This document shows, in pieces, positions 47,731-57,286 of a stretch of DNA of 64,000 nucleotides. Numbering within the stretch: the stretch's first letter is position 1; every line of letters starts with the position of its first letter. Source of the DNA: an uncultured Dehalococcoidia bacterium (GTDB taxonomy: Bacteria; Chloroflexota; Dehalococcoidia; Bin125); NCBI GenBank assembly GCA_958295515.1, contig CATQGW010000001.1, positions 580,923 to 644,922 of the forward strand, in the 5' to 3' direction. Under the pieces are notes generated by a model. It made no database searches and was not told the DNA's origin. It saw only the letters and a list, made by a program, of their open reading frames with translations. The position numbers and the translations under genes were made by a program.

Positions 47731-49965
47731 ATGACTGATGCGGACCGCTGGCCGCAGATCGACGACGAGACGCTGGCGCAGATCGCGCTTAGCCGCGATG
47801 AGTACATCCGCGCCTGCGAGCTGCTCGACCGCGCACCGACCGATGTCGAGCTGGGGATGATCGGCGCGCTCTGGAGCGAGCACTGCGGCTATAAACACAC
47901 GCGCCCGCTCTTCCACCACTTCCCGACCGAGGGCGAGCGCATCCTCACCGCGTTGGGCGATGAGAACGCGGGCGCGATCGACATCGGCGGCGGCTGGGTC
48001 GCGGTGATGAAGATCGAGTCGCACAATCACCCCAGCGCGATTGAGCCGTACGAGGGCGCGGCGACCGGCGTGGGCGGGATCGTGCGCGACATCTTCGCGA
48101 TGGGCGCGCAGCCCGTCGCGCTGCTGGATTCGCTGCGCTTCGGTCCGCTCGACGACGCGCGGAATCGACGGCTCTGCGTGGGCGTCGTCGCCGGCATCGG
48201 CGGCTATGGCAACTGCCTCGGCATCCCCACTGTCGGCGGCGAACTCGTCGTCGCCCCCGAATACGCCGGCAATCCGCTGGTCAACGCGATGTGCCTCGGC
48301 GTAGCGCGTCGCGAACAGCTGATATCAGCCACCGCCGGTCCCGCCGGCAGCAAGCTGATGCTGGTCGGCGCGGACACCGGGCGCGATGGTCTGCACGGCG
48401 CAACGTTCGCCAGCGTCGAACTGGACGAGTCCAGCGCCGAGCGGCGCCCCGCCGTGCAGGTCGGCAACCCCTTCCTCGAAAAGCTGCTGATGGACGCCTG
48501 CGTTGGCCTCGTCCGCGAGCACCGCGACTGGCTCGAGGGTCTACAGGACTGCGGCGCGGCCGGCCTGACCAGCTCGACCGTCGAGATGGCCGAGCGCGCC
48601 AGCGCGGGCATCATCATCCACACCGAGCGCGTCCCACGCCGCGAGCGCGGCATGACCCCCTACGAGGTGATGCTCTCCGAATCCCAGGAGCGCATGGTCG
48701 TCTCCGTCAAACCCGATCACGTGGAGGATGTCGCGGCCTGGTTCGCGCAATGGGAACTCGATGCAACCGTGATCGGCGAGGTCACGTCCGACGGGCTCGC
48801 CCGCGTAATGGATCACGATGTCAAAGTCGCTGCCGCGCCTGTTCGCATGCTGACTGACGCGCCAACCTACGAACCTGCATCGGCGCGCGACCCCGATGCC
48901 GCTGCGCGCGTGGCGTTCGATCCAGCAACCCTCCCCGACCTCGCGCCCGCCGCCGCGAACGCCGCGCTGCTGGAGCTGCTCGCCTCGCCCAACATCGCTT
49001 CCAAGCGCTGGGTTTGGCGGCAGTACGACCACCAGGTCGGCACAAACACCGTCGTGACGCCCGGCGCGGACGCGGCGGTGCTGCGCATCCGCGGCGTTGA
49101 GCAGGCGTTGGCTGTCTGCACCGACGGCCCTGGCCGCGCGGTCGAGTTGGACCCATGGGCCGGCGCTGTGCGCGCCGTCGCGGAGGCGGCGCGCAATGTC
49201 GGCTGCGTTGGTGCGCGACCAATCGCCGTCACCGACTGCCTCAACTTCGCCAACCCCGAGCGCCCCGCCATCTATCACCAGCTGCGCGAGTCCATTCGCG
49301 GCATGGCCGACGCCTGCCGCGCCTTTGACGCGCCCGTGGTCAGCGGCAACGCATCGCTGTACAACGAGTCCGACGACGGCCCCGTGCTGCCCACGCCCGT
49401 GGTGGGGATGCTCGGCCTGCTTGCGCGCCCCGAGCTGGCCGTCCGTTCCGCCTTCCGCAACGAGGGCGATGTAGTGCTGCTGCTCGGCGCAGGCCTGCCG
49501 CAGCCCGCGTCGTCGCTGGGCGCGAGCGAGTACCTCGCCGTTCAGCACGGGCTGAGCGCAGGGCCTGTTGACGTGGATCTGGAGGCCGAGCGGGCGATCG
49601 TGAATTGTCTCGTGGATGCGGTCGAAACCGAGCTGCTGCAGTCGGCGCACGATTGCAGCGACGGCGGCCTCGCCGTCGCGCTCGCCGAGTCCGCCATCGG
49701 CGGCGGGGTTGGCGTCCATGTTCGCGGCGACGTCGGCGAGCGTCTGGACGCCGCCCTCTTCGGCGAAGCCGGCGCGCGAGCAGTGGTCAGCGCGTCGCGC
49801 GATGTCGTCGCCGAACTCAGCGCTCTCGCCGAGAAACACGGCGTACCGTGTACCGAAATCGGGGTGGTCGGCAGCGACCGTCTGATCATCGCGGACGTGA
49901 TCAACGTCACCCTCGCCGAAGCATCCGACGCCTGGGAGAACACGCTCCCCAAGCTGCTCGATTGA
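47731..49965 (+). CDS. purL: FGAM synthase subunit II
   Basis: WSEHCGYK, ESHNHPS, LSESQERM, SGNASLYN; start at 47722 or 47731. Confidence 0.96.
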   Translation: MTDADRWPQIDDETLAQIALSRDEYIRACELLDRAPTDVELGMIGALWSEHCGYKHTRPLFHHFPTEGERILTALGDENAGAIDIGGGWVAVMKIESHNHPSAIEPYEGAATGVGGIVRDIFAMGAQPVALLDSLRFGPLDDARNRRLCVGVVAGIGGYGNCLGIPTVGGELVVAPEYAGNPLVNAMCLGVARREQLISATAGPAGSKLMLVGADTGRDGLHGATFASVELDESSAERRPAVQVGNPFLEKLLMDACVGLVREHRDWLEGLQDCGAAGLTSSTVEMAERASAGIIIHTERVPRRERGMTPYEVMLSESQERMVVSVKPDHVEDVAAWFAQWELDATVIGEVTSDGLARVMDHDVKVAAAPVRMLTDAPTYEPASARDPDAAARVAFDPATLPDLAPAAANAALLELLASPNIASKRWVWRQYDHQVGTNTVVTPGADAAVLRIRGVEQALAVCTDGPGRAVELDPWAGAVRAVAEAARNVGCVGARPIAVTDCLNFANPERPAIYHQLRESIRGMADACRAFDAPVVSGNASLYNESDDGPVLPTPVVGMLGLLARPELAVRSAFRNEGDVVLLLGAGLPQPASSLGASEYLAVQHGLSAGPVDVDLEAERAIVNCLVDAVETELLQSAHDCSDGGLAVALAESAIGGGVGVHVRGDVGERLDAALFGEAGARAVVSASRDVVAELSALAEKHGVPCTEIGVVGSDRLIIADVINVTLAEASDAWENTLPKLLD

Positions 49966-50023
49966 CATCTGCGCTTCGCCTGTCCCGCTACGATGACCTC
50001 AACCGAGCGCGAGAGGATCCGAG

Positions 50024-50425
50024 ATGGTCGCCGAAGATCAGATGACGCGCGAACAACTGCGCGAAATCGACCGCCAGCAGCGCATCGACAGGGCGCTCGC
50101 CGCCGGCAATCACAAGTTCGCCGAGTGGATCCGGACGATGGAGTACGACGACGATTCGACCCCCGAGGAGGACGCCGAAGACGCCCGCATCTCCGCCGAG
50201 CGAGTCGCCCAAGGTAAATTCACCACGCTCGAGGAGTTCGAGCGCCAGATGGACGAGGAGTTTCCCGAAGACGCCGAGTTCTTCCGCCGCTTGGACGAGG
50301 AGTTTGCCGGTTGGGAGCAGTACGTGTACAACACCTCGCCCGACTCACCGGATGGCGTTGCGTTTTTTCGCCGACTCCGGGCGGAGTTCCCCGACGCGCT
50401 CCACCTCTTCCCCTCGCACCGCTAA
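50024..50425 (+). CDS. Putative acidic antitoxin
   Basis: Very acidic, GKFTTLEEF motif, directly upstream of a RelE-like toxin. Confidence 0.6.
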   Translation: MVAEDQMTREQLREIDRQQRIDRALAAGNHKFAEWIRTMEYDDDSTPEEDAEDARISAERVAQGKFTTLEEFERQMDEEFPEDAEFFRRLDEEFAGWEQYVYNTSPDSPDGVAFFRRLRAEFPDALHLFPSHR

Positions 50426-50429
50426 CCCC

Positions 50430-50723
50430 GTGCCCTTGCCCTATCGCGTCATCCTCACCGACGAGGCGAAAGAGGAGCGTCGGGCGCTGAGCCCGCGGCC
50501 CCGGCGCGACGTGAAGTTCGAGCTTCGTAAGCTGAGCGAGGGCACGGAGCGTCCGAATGTGGTGCCGCTCGAGGGCATCCCCGACACTTGGCGCGTCCGC
50601 GTTAACAGGCTTCGCATCATCTTCGAGCTGGAGGAAGCCGAGCGCATCATCCGCGTCACCCGCATCCGCCCACGCAAAACCGCCTACGAGGGAATCGAGC
50701 GCCCGCCGCGAGGCGGCCGATAG
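50430..50723 (+). CDS. RelE/ParE family toxin
   Basis: YRVILTDEA, LEG..WRVRV..LRIIF, IRPRKTAY; about 97 aa, basic. Confidence 0.8.
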   Translation: MPLPYRVILTDEAKEERRALSPRPRRDVKFELRKLSEGTERPNVVPLEGIPDTWRVRVNRLRIIFELEEAERIIRVTRIRPRKTAYEGIERPPRGGR

Positions 50724-50728
50724 CTTCT

Positions 50729-51952
50729 CTAGTCCCCCGCGGCGGCGGAGTCTGCTCGCCTGACGGCTGTGACGCCGGCGTCGTGGAAGCGCTCGATGTC
50801 GCTCCAGTCGTAACCGAGATCGAGTAGCACTTGCTCCGTGTTTTGGCCCAGCTCGGGAGCGGCGGACTGCACTTTGGTCGCCGTTTCTGAGAATGAGACC
50901 GGTACGCCTACCACGCGGTGCTGATCGAAGTGGGCGTGCGGCACTTCCTGGAGGTACCCGTTGATCCAGAAGTGTTCGTCCGCAGCGACCTGCGCGTAGT
51001 CGTAGACAGGGCCGCAAGGGATGCGTCCGGCGACCAGCCGCTCCAGCCATTCGTCGCGCGTGCGCGTGCGGAAAATCTGCTCCAACTCGCTGCGCAGCCA
51101 CTCTTCGTTATCGCGCCGCGTGAACGGATCGACGGTACGTTCGTCGGCCATCAGGTCAGGGCGGCCGATGGCCTCGCAGAGCGCCGGCCAGGACTTGGGA
51201 TCGAGCAGACCCATCGTGAACCATTCGCCGTCGCCGGCCTGATACCAGGCGAACGTGGCGCTGAACGCGCGGCCCGGCTTGAGCACCGGCTGCACGTTGC
51301 TGTGCAGGAAGGCCTGTAGCGAGAGCACCTGCAGGGTCAGCATCGCGCCCAGCTGCGAGACATCGATCTTCTGTCCCACGCCGTGCTGCGCGCGGGCGAA
51401 CAGCGCGGTCATGATGCCGTAGGCGAAGACGATTGAGCCGGTTTGGTCCGCCAATCCCCAGGGCGCGGTGAAGGGCCGCTCGCCCGGGCCGCCGCCAAGC
51501 GCAACCATCGCGCCCGACATGCCCTGCGCGACGACATCGAACGATCCCCGCGTGGCCCAGTCGCCGTTGGGTCCGAAACCGGAGTTGGTCGCGTAGATCA
51601 GCTGCGGGTTGATCTTGCGCAGGTCCTCGTACCCCAGCCCGATCGAGTCGAGGTAGCCGGGGCGGAAGTTCTCGGCCAGCACATCGGCTTCTTCGACCAG
51701 CTTGTAGACCACCTCGAGCGCGCCCTCGGCGCGCAGATCGAGGGTCATGCTGCGCTTGCCGCGGTTGAGGCTCTCGAAGTAGGAGCAGAAGCCGTCGGCG
51801 CCGACGCCCAGCTGGCGGCCGGGATCGCCGTTGCCGGGCATCTCCACCTTCAGCACATCCGCGCCCATGTCGGCGAGCATCGCCGTGGCGTGCGGACCGT
51901 TCTGGTAGCGGGTGAAATCGACGACCTTGATTCCCTCAAGCGGCGCGGGCAT
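50729..51952 (-). CDS. CoA-transferase family III
   Basis: GADVLKVE, NRGKRS, ENFRPG, LADQ, PELGQNT. Confidence 0.92.
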   Translation of the reverse strand: MPAPLEGIKVVDFTRYQNGPHATAMLADMGADVLKVEMPGNGDPGRQLGVGADGFCSYFESLNRGKRSMTLDLRAEGALEVVYKLVEEADVLAENFRPGYLDSIGLGYEDLRKINPQLIYATNSGFGPNGDWATRGSFDVVAQGMSGAMVALGGGPGERPFTAPWGLADQTGSIVFAYGIMTALFARAQHGVGQKIDVSQLGAMLTLQVLSLQAFLHSNVQPVLKPGRAFSATFAWYQAGDGEWFTMGLLDPKSWPALCEAIGRPDLMADERTVDPFTRRDNEEWLRSELEQIFRTRTRDEWLERLVAGRIPCGPVYDYAQVAADEHFWINGYLQEVPHAHFDQHRVVGVPVSFSETATKVQSAAPELGQNTEQVLLDLGYDWSDIERFHDAGVTAVRRADSAAAGD

Positions 51953-52065
51953 AGCGGACCCTCTCTGCTGGCTGGCGTGCGTGTGCAACCTCAGGATATC
52001 CAATGCCGCGTCGGCTCTGTCGGCAGCGATGCGCTGTGCCTGTGATCGCCCGCTACGATCCGCGC

Positions 52066-52758
52066 ATGGTTGCGCAGGTCTTCGCGACGCCCGACGCGGC
52101 GGTGGCCGGGATTGGAGACGGCGCGACCGTGATGGTCGGCGGCTTCATCTCGGCCGGCTCGCCCTCGAACCTGATTCGCGCGCTGGTGCGCAGCGGCCCG
52201 ACCGGGCTCACCGCCGTCGCCAACAACATCGGGCTCGGCGACCTGCTCGACGAGCTCTGCGAGCATCGCCAGCTGGCGCGCGTGATCGCCACGTTCGCGA
52301 TTCGCGCCTCCGGCGGGCGCACGAGCCGCTTCGAGCAGCAGTACCGCGCCGGCGAAGTGGAGCTGGAGCTGGTTCCGCAAGGGACGCTGATCGAGCGCAT
52401 CCGCGCGGGCGGGGCGGGACTCGGCGGCGTGCTCACGCGCACCGGTCTCGGCACGATTGTCGCGGAGGACAAACGGATCATTGAGATCGACGGCGAACAG
52501 TGGCTGCTCGAACGCCCGCTGCGCGCGGATGTTGCGCTGCTCAAGGCGTCCCGCGCCGACACCCTGGGCAATCTCGAATATCGCCTCGCCGGGATCAATT
52601 TCAACCCGGTCATGGCCACCGCAGCGGACCTGGTGATTGCCGAAGTTGAGGAGATCGTCGAAGCGGGCGAGATCACGCCGGAGCGGGTGGGCACGCCGGC
52701 CGTGTTCGTGGACCGAATCGTGGCCTGCCCGCCGATTCCGGTGCGCTGGGAGGGTTGA
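52066..52758 (+). CDS. 3-oxoacid CoA-transferase subunit A
   Basis: MVGGF, PQGTLIERIRAGGAG, NFNPVMATAA. Confidence 0.9.
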   Translation: MVAQVFATPDAAVAGIGDGATVMVGGFISAGSPSNLIRALVRSGPTGLTAVANNIGLGDLLDELCEHRQLARVIATFAIRASGGRTSRFEQQYRAGEVELELVPQGTLIERIRAGGAGLGGVLTRTGLGTIVAEDKRIIEIDGEQWLLERPLRADVALLKASRADTLGNLEYRLAGINFNPVMATAADLVIAEVEEIVEAGEITPERVGTPAVFVDRIVACPPIPVRWEG

Positions 52759-52759
52759 G

Positions 52760-53416
52760 ATGCCGGCACTGACCCGCGAACTGATCGCGCTCCGCGTCGC
52801 CCGCGAGCTCGAGCCGCGCACGGTGGTCAACCTGGGCATCGGGCTGCCCACGCTCGTCGCCGGCTTCGTCGATCCCGCCGACCAGATCCTCTTTCAGGCC
52901 GAAAACGGCATCCTCGGCTACGCGGGCGTGAGCGACGCCGACTACGACCCCGATCTGATCAACGCCGGCGGCCAGCCGGTCGATCTCGTGCCGGGTGCGA
53001 GCTTTTTCGACACCGCGACTTCGTTCGCCATGATTCGTGGCGGTCACGTTGATGTCGCGGTGCTCGGCGGCCTGCAGGTCTCGGCGCACGGCGATCTGGC
53101 GAACTGGTTCGTGCCTGAGCGGGGCGGCGGCAGCGTGGGCGGCGCGATGGACCTCGCGGTCGGCGCGCGCAAGTTGATCGTGGCGATGGCACACGTCACC
53201 CGCGACGGCGCGTCGCGCATCGTCGCCGAGTGCGATTACCCGCTCACTGCCGCGCGCTGCGTCGATGTGATCATCACCGACCTCGCCGTAATCGATGTCA
53301 GCGCCAACGGGCTGACGCTGCGCGAAACCGCGCCCGGCGTCAGCGCCGATGAGATCGTGGCAGCCACCGGCGCACCGCTCGCGGTCCCCGCCGATATCCC
53401 CGAAATGCGGCTGTGA
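52760..53416 (+). CDS. 3-oxoacid CoA-transferase subunit B
   Basis: VNLGIGLP, AENG (catalytic Glu), GDLANW, GGAMDL. Confidence 0.9.
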   Translation: MPALTRELIALRVARELEPRTVVNLGIGLPTLVAGFVDPADQILFQAENGILGYAGVSDADYDPDLINAGGQPVDLVPGASFFDTATSFAMIRGGHVDVAVLGGLQVSAHGDLANWFVPERGGGSVGGAMDLAVGARKLIVAMAHVTRDGASRIVAECDYPLTAARCVDVIITDLAVIDVSANGLTLRETAPGVSADEIVAATGAPLAVPADIPEMRL

Positions 53417-53450
53417 GCTATCCTGTGATGCGCAACGGAAAGTCGGCGCG

Positions 53451-53993
53451 ATGCGCGGTGTGCTCAAAGTCATCAGTCGTGGTGCCCAGGTCGTCGCTCG
53501 CGGCCCGGTCACCGTCCACTACCCCTACGAGAAGAAGCAGCTGCCGAAGCGCGCGCGCACCTTCCCTTACCTGATCTGGCACCACGACCTCAACGAGCCC
53601 AACTGCACCGGCTGCGGCAAGTGCGCCGCCGCCTGCCCGGTCGACTGCATGAGCACCACGCTGACCAAGAACCCCGCCCACGCGGCCGGCACCAGCAACC
53701 ACAAGTCGGTGATCAAGGATTTCTACATCGACTTCGGGCGCTGCATGCGCTGCAACATCTGCGTGGAGGTTTGCCCGTTCGACGCGATCGCGATGCTGCC
53801 GCTCTGGGAGGGCCACGAGCAGACCAAGTACGACCGCCGCGAGCTGGTGATGGACCTCGACGACCTGCTCGCGCCCAGCCGCGCCGATGTCGAGCTGCCC
53901 TTCTGGATCCCCGAAACGATCCTCGAGAAGACCGAGAAGGAGCGCGTCAACCGCGCCGAGTTCGCGCGTCAGCTGGCCGGCGGCGGCGACTGA
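53451..53993 (+). CDS. NuoI-like 2x[4Fe-4S] protein
   Basis: TVHYPYE, CTGCGKCAAACP, CMRCNICVEVCP. Confidence 0.8.
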   Translation: MRGVLKVISRGAQVVARGPVTVHYPYEKKQLPKRARTFPYLIWHHDLNEPNCTGCGKCAAACPVDCMSTTLTKNPAHAAGTSNHKSVIKDFYIDFGRCMRCNICVEVCPFDAIAMLPLWEGHEQTKYDRRELVMDLDDLLAPSRADVELPFWIPETILEKTEKERVNRAEFARQLAGGGD

Positions 53994-54022
53994 GGCCGCA
54001 TCCCCTCCCGCCGCACGCGCGC

Positions 54023-54925
54023 CTAGACTTGCTCGCCCTGGGCGCGGCGGCTGACCAGATCCTCGAAATCGATCTCGATCGGGGTCTCGCGGGCGACGAT
54101 CTGTTCGACGCGGTTGCGCACCACATCGTCCCAGCCGGCGTGAGGGAGGATGTAGCAGCGTTCTTCGACGATCGAGTTGAAGACCAGCTCCGCCACATCG
54201 TCGGGATCCATCCCGCCGCCCAGAATCGCTGCGACCGCCTGCGTCTGCTCATCCGACATCTCGGTGAGCTTCTCGCCGAACTCGGCCGGGCGGTTGCGCT
54301 CGGCCTCCGCGATCTTGGTATTGACGAAGCCGGGGCAGAGCACCGACGCGCCGATCTTCGAGTTGAGCAGCTTGAGCTGGCCGTGCAGTCCCTCGGTCAG
54401 CGTGAGCACGCCGTGCTTGCTCACGCTGTAGGCGCTGCCGCCGGGGATCAGGCCGGCGACCGAGGCGGTATTGACGATGTGCCCCTCCTCACCGTGTCCG
54501 TGCATGTGCGGCATGAACACCTGTAGGCCGTAGAGCACGCCCCAGAAGTTGACGCCCATCACCCAGTCCCAGGTGCTGTCGGGCACCTCCCAGACGGTGC
54601 GCAGGCCGTTGCCTGCGCCCAGCCCCGCGTCTTCGCGGCTGGTCACGCCGGCGTTGTTGCAGAGGATGTGGATGTTGCCGAACTCGGCGATGGTGCGGTC
54701 GCGCAAGTCTTCCAGCGCTTCGCGGCGCATCGTGTTGACGGTCACGCCGAGCACGTTGCGCTCCTCCTGCTGAAGCTGCTGCACCTGCACATCAAGCGCG
54801 TCCTGCTCGATGTCGGCCAGCACGACATTCATGCCTTCGGCGGCGAAGCGGCGCGCGAAGGCCAAGCCCATGCCCGACGCCGCGCCCGTGACCACCGCCG
54901 TCTTACCCGAGAACTCACGCATCAT
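54023..54925 (-). CDS. SDR oxidoreductase
   Basis: TGAASGMG, NNAG, YSVSK. Confidence 0.92.
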   Translation of the reverse strand: MMREFSGKTAVVTGAASGMGLAFARRFAAEGMNVVLADIEQDALDVQVQQLQQEERNVLGVTVNTMRREALEDLRDRTIAEFGNIHILCNNAGVTSREDAGLGAGNGLRTVWEVPDSTWDWVMGVNFWGVLYGLQVFMPHMHGHGEEGHIVNTASVAGLIPGGSAYSVSKHGVLTLTEGLHGQLKLLNSKIGASVLCPGFVNTKIAEAERNRPAEFGEKLTEMSDEQTQAVAAILGGGMDPDDVAELVFNSIVEERCYILPHAGWDDVVRNRVEQIVARETPIEIDFEDLVSRRAQGEQV

Positions 54926-55020
54926 TCTGCTCCTTCCAGCAGTTCTGGTCATCCTGATGATACGTTCCCGCCACGCCCGTTTGGCTCCCCCTGGCAGAAA
55001 CCTTTGCGTAAGTCCCGCTC

Positions 55021-55231
55021 GTCATTCCAGACTCGACTCCTCGTCATTCGCGGCGCGACCTCTCGTCATTCCTGGCTTGACCAGGAATCCCGCCGTGTCG
55101 CTGGCATCCTGTCCGGGCACGGCGAGATTCCCGCGTTCGCGGGAATGACGGAGTATTCGCGGGAATGACGGAGTATTCGTGGGAATGACGGAGCGTTCGT
55201 GGGAATGACGGAGCATTCGCGGGAATGACGG
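55021..55231. repeat. REP-like GTCATTC/GGAATGAC palindromic cluster with five 20-bp tandem units
   Basis: Three GTCATTC starts (55021-55075), then TTCGYGGGAATGACGGAGYR units from 55136 to 55231 (last one truncated). Confidence 0.85.
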
Positions 55232-55305
55232 ATTCGGGGGGGTGCCAGGGTTACGCAACAGGCTCGTCAAGGGGCAGCAGGAAGGGTCTCCGGGGTCGGT
55301 CGCCC

Positions 55306-56208
55306 CTACACCAGCTCCCCGGCCGCCCGACGACGCATCATCTCCTCCAAATCCAGCTCGATCCGCAGCGGCGCGCCGCGCGCCAGCACCTGCTCCGTGC
55401 GGCCTCGCACGATCTCGTCCAGCCCCGTATGGGGCAGGACGTAGCAGCGTTGTTCGACAATCGCCTCCAGCACCAACTCCGCCACATCCTCCGGCGACAT
55501 CGCACCCGAGAACGCCGCCGACAGCATCGTCCGCTGCTCCTCGCCCAGCTCCAGCGCCGCGCCGAACTCATCGGGGCGGTTGCGCTCCGCCTCCATAATC
55601 TTGGTCTGCACCACGCCGGGACAGAGCGCCGAAGCGCTCAGCTTTGAGCCGCGCGCTTCCAGGTCCTGGTAAAGATTCTCGGTCAGTGCCAGAACTGCAT
55701 GCTTGGAAACGCCGTAAGCGCCGCCGCCCGGCATCAGCCCGGCCAGCGAGGCCGTGTTGACGATGTGCCCCTCCTCGCCGTGCGCCAGCATGTGCGGCAC
55801 GAACGCTTGCAGCCCATACAGGACGCCGCGAAAGTTCACGCCCATCACCCAGTCCCATGTGCTGTCGGGAATCTCCCAGACCCCGCGCTACCCGGCCGGC
55901 AGCCCCATCGTGTCTTCGAGGCTGGCCACCCCTGCGTTGTTGCAAAGGATGTGGATGTTGCCGAAGCGCTCGATCGTGCGCTCGCGCAGGTCTTCCAGCG
56001 TTTCGCGGCGCATCGTGTTCACGATCACCCCGAGCACGTTGCGCTCCTCCTGCTGGAGCTGCTGCACCTGCGCGTCGAGCGCCTCCTGCTCGATATCGGC
56101 CAGCACCACGTTCATCCCCTCCGCCGCAAAGCGGCGGGCGAAGGCCAATCCCATACCCGAAGCCGCCCCCGTCACCACCGCCGTCTTGCCTGAGAACTCG
56201 CGCATCAT
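55306..56208 (-). pseudogene. SDR paralogue interrupted by one in-frame TAG (55888-55890)
   Basis: ORF halves ending at 55888 and 55306 share a frame; read-through gives GLPAG*RGVWEIPDSTWDWVMGVNF, aligning with 54023-54925. Confidence 0.75.
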
Positions 56209-56270
56209 TCCGCTCCCCTCATCTGTTCGACGCTGGGCCGAATGATAGAAACTCCCACGCGCCAGAGAAT

Positions 56271-56335
56271 TCCCCTCTCCCCCCTCACAAAGGGGGGATG
56301 CAGAGGCAGCCTTGCCCCACGCACACGGGGAAGGG
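56271..56335. terminator. Tandem GC hairpins (terminator or REP-like) downstream of an SDR
   Basis: CCCCCCT-cacaa-AGGGGGG and CCTTgCCCC-acgcacac-GGGGAAGG; a similar CCCTCTCCCCC..AAGGGG at about 44642. Confidence 0.4.
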
Positions 56336-56381
56336 TTCGGCTGCCGTCGCGCGGGGATGGAGATCGTGCAGAGGACCCCGC

Positions 56382-57176
56382 TTACGCGTTGTCGAAGCGC
56401 GCCTCGAGGATGTTGAAGCCGGGCGGCAGCTCGTTGACCGTGATTCCGCCGTCGGCGTAGAAGGCCTGGCCGGAGACCCACTCACTGGCGTCACCGGCCA
56501 GGTAGAGCGCGAGCTGCGCGATGTCCTCCGGCTCGCCCAGCCGGCCTAGCGGCGTCGCGCCGATCATCGCTTCGTCGAAGCCCGGCACGTTCCGCGCCCG
56601 CGCCGTCAGCGGAGTCTTGGTGTGCCCCGGGCCGATCGCATTGACGCGGATGCCGTGCTGGCCCAACTCCAGCGCCGATACCTTCGTCAGCATCACCACC
56701 CCGGCCTTCGCCGCGCAGTATGCCGACAGCCCCGCCGTGGCCTGCGTGGCGTTGATGCTGGCGGTGTTGATCAGCGAGCCGCCCTCGCCTTGCGCGATCA
56801 GCTGCTTGGCTTCGTGCTTGAGGCAGAGGAACACGCCCAGCAGGCAGACATCGATCACCCGCCGGAAGGCGGCCAGCGGGTAGTCCTGAATTGCGGCGTT
56901 CCCGGCGATGCCGGCGTTGTTGAAGGCGATGTCGAGCCTGCCGAAGCGTTCAACGCAGGCGGCGACCACCGCCGCGACATCCTCCTCGTTGGTCACGTCC
57001 GCGGTGATCGAGAAGGCGTTGCCGCCGATCTCGCGCGCCGCCTCAGCCGCGCCGTCGGCGTCGCGGTCGACCACCGCGACTCGCGCGCCCTCCGCTGCGA
57101 ACAGCTGCGCCGAGGCCAGCCCGATTCCCGAGGCCGCGCCCGTCACCAGCGCCGCCTTGCCGTCCAGTGCTCCCAT
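56382..57176 (-). CDS. SDR oxidoreductase (FabG-like)
   Basis: TGAASGIG, NNAG, YCAAK, NAIGPG, DGG. Confidence 0.92.
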   Translation of the reverse strand: MGALDGKAALVTGAASGIGLASAQLFAAEGARVAVVDRDADGAAEAAREIGGNAFSITADVTNEEDVAAVVAACVERFGRLDIAFNNAGIAGNAAIQDYPLAAFRRVIDVCLLGVFLCLKHEAKQLIAQGEGGSLINTASINATQATAGLSAYCAAKAGVVMLTKVSALELGQHGIRVNAIGPGHTKTPLTARARNVPGFDEAMIGATPLGRLGEPEDIAQLALYLAGDASEWVSGQAFYADGGITVNELPPGFNILEARFDNA

Positions 57177-57286
57177 AATCCGCTCCTCTCAGCTGCGCCG
57201 CTATGTCGGCTGTTTCACGTCCGCTCACACTCCACGCTCCGCCGTTTCCTACAGTGTCGCTATTGACCGCAACGGAGGAGCGAACT

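Noticed and set aside
55136-55231. Possible CRISPR array
   Set aside because: 20-bp head-to-tail units with no unique spacers and no cas genes; it is a tandem REP-like repeat.
55888-55890. Genome-wide TAG reassignment
   Set aside because: TAG ends many intact genes at their expected C-termini (for example 16218, 18227, 41021).
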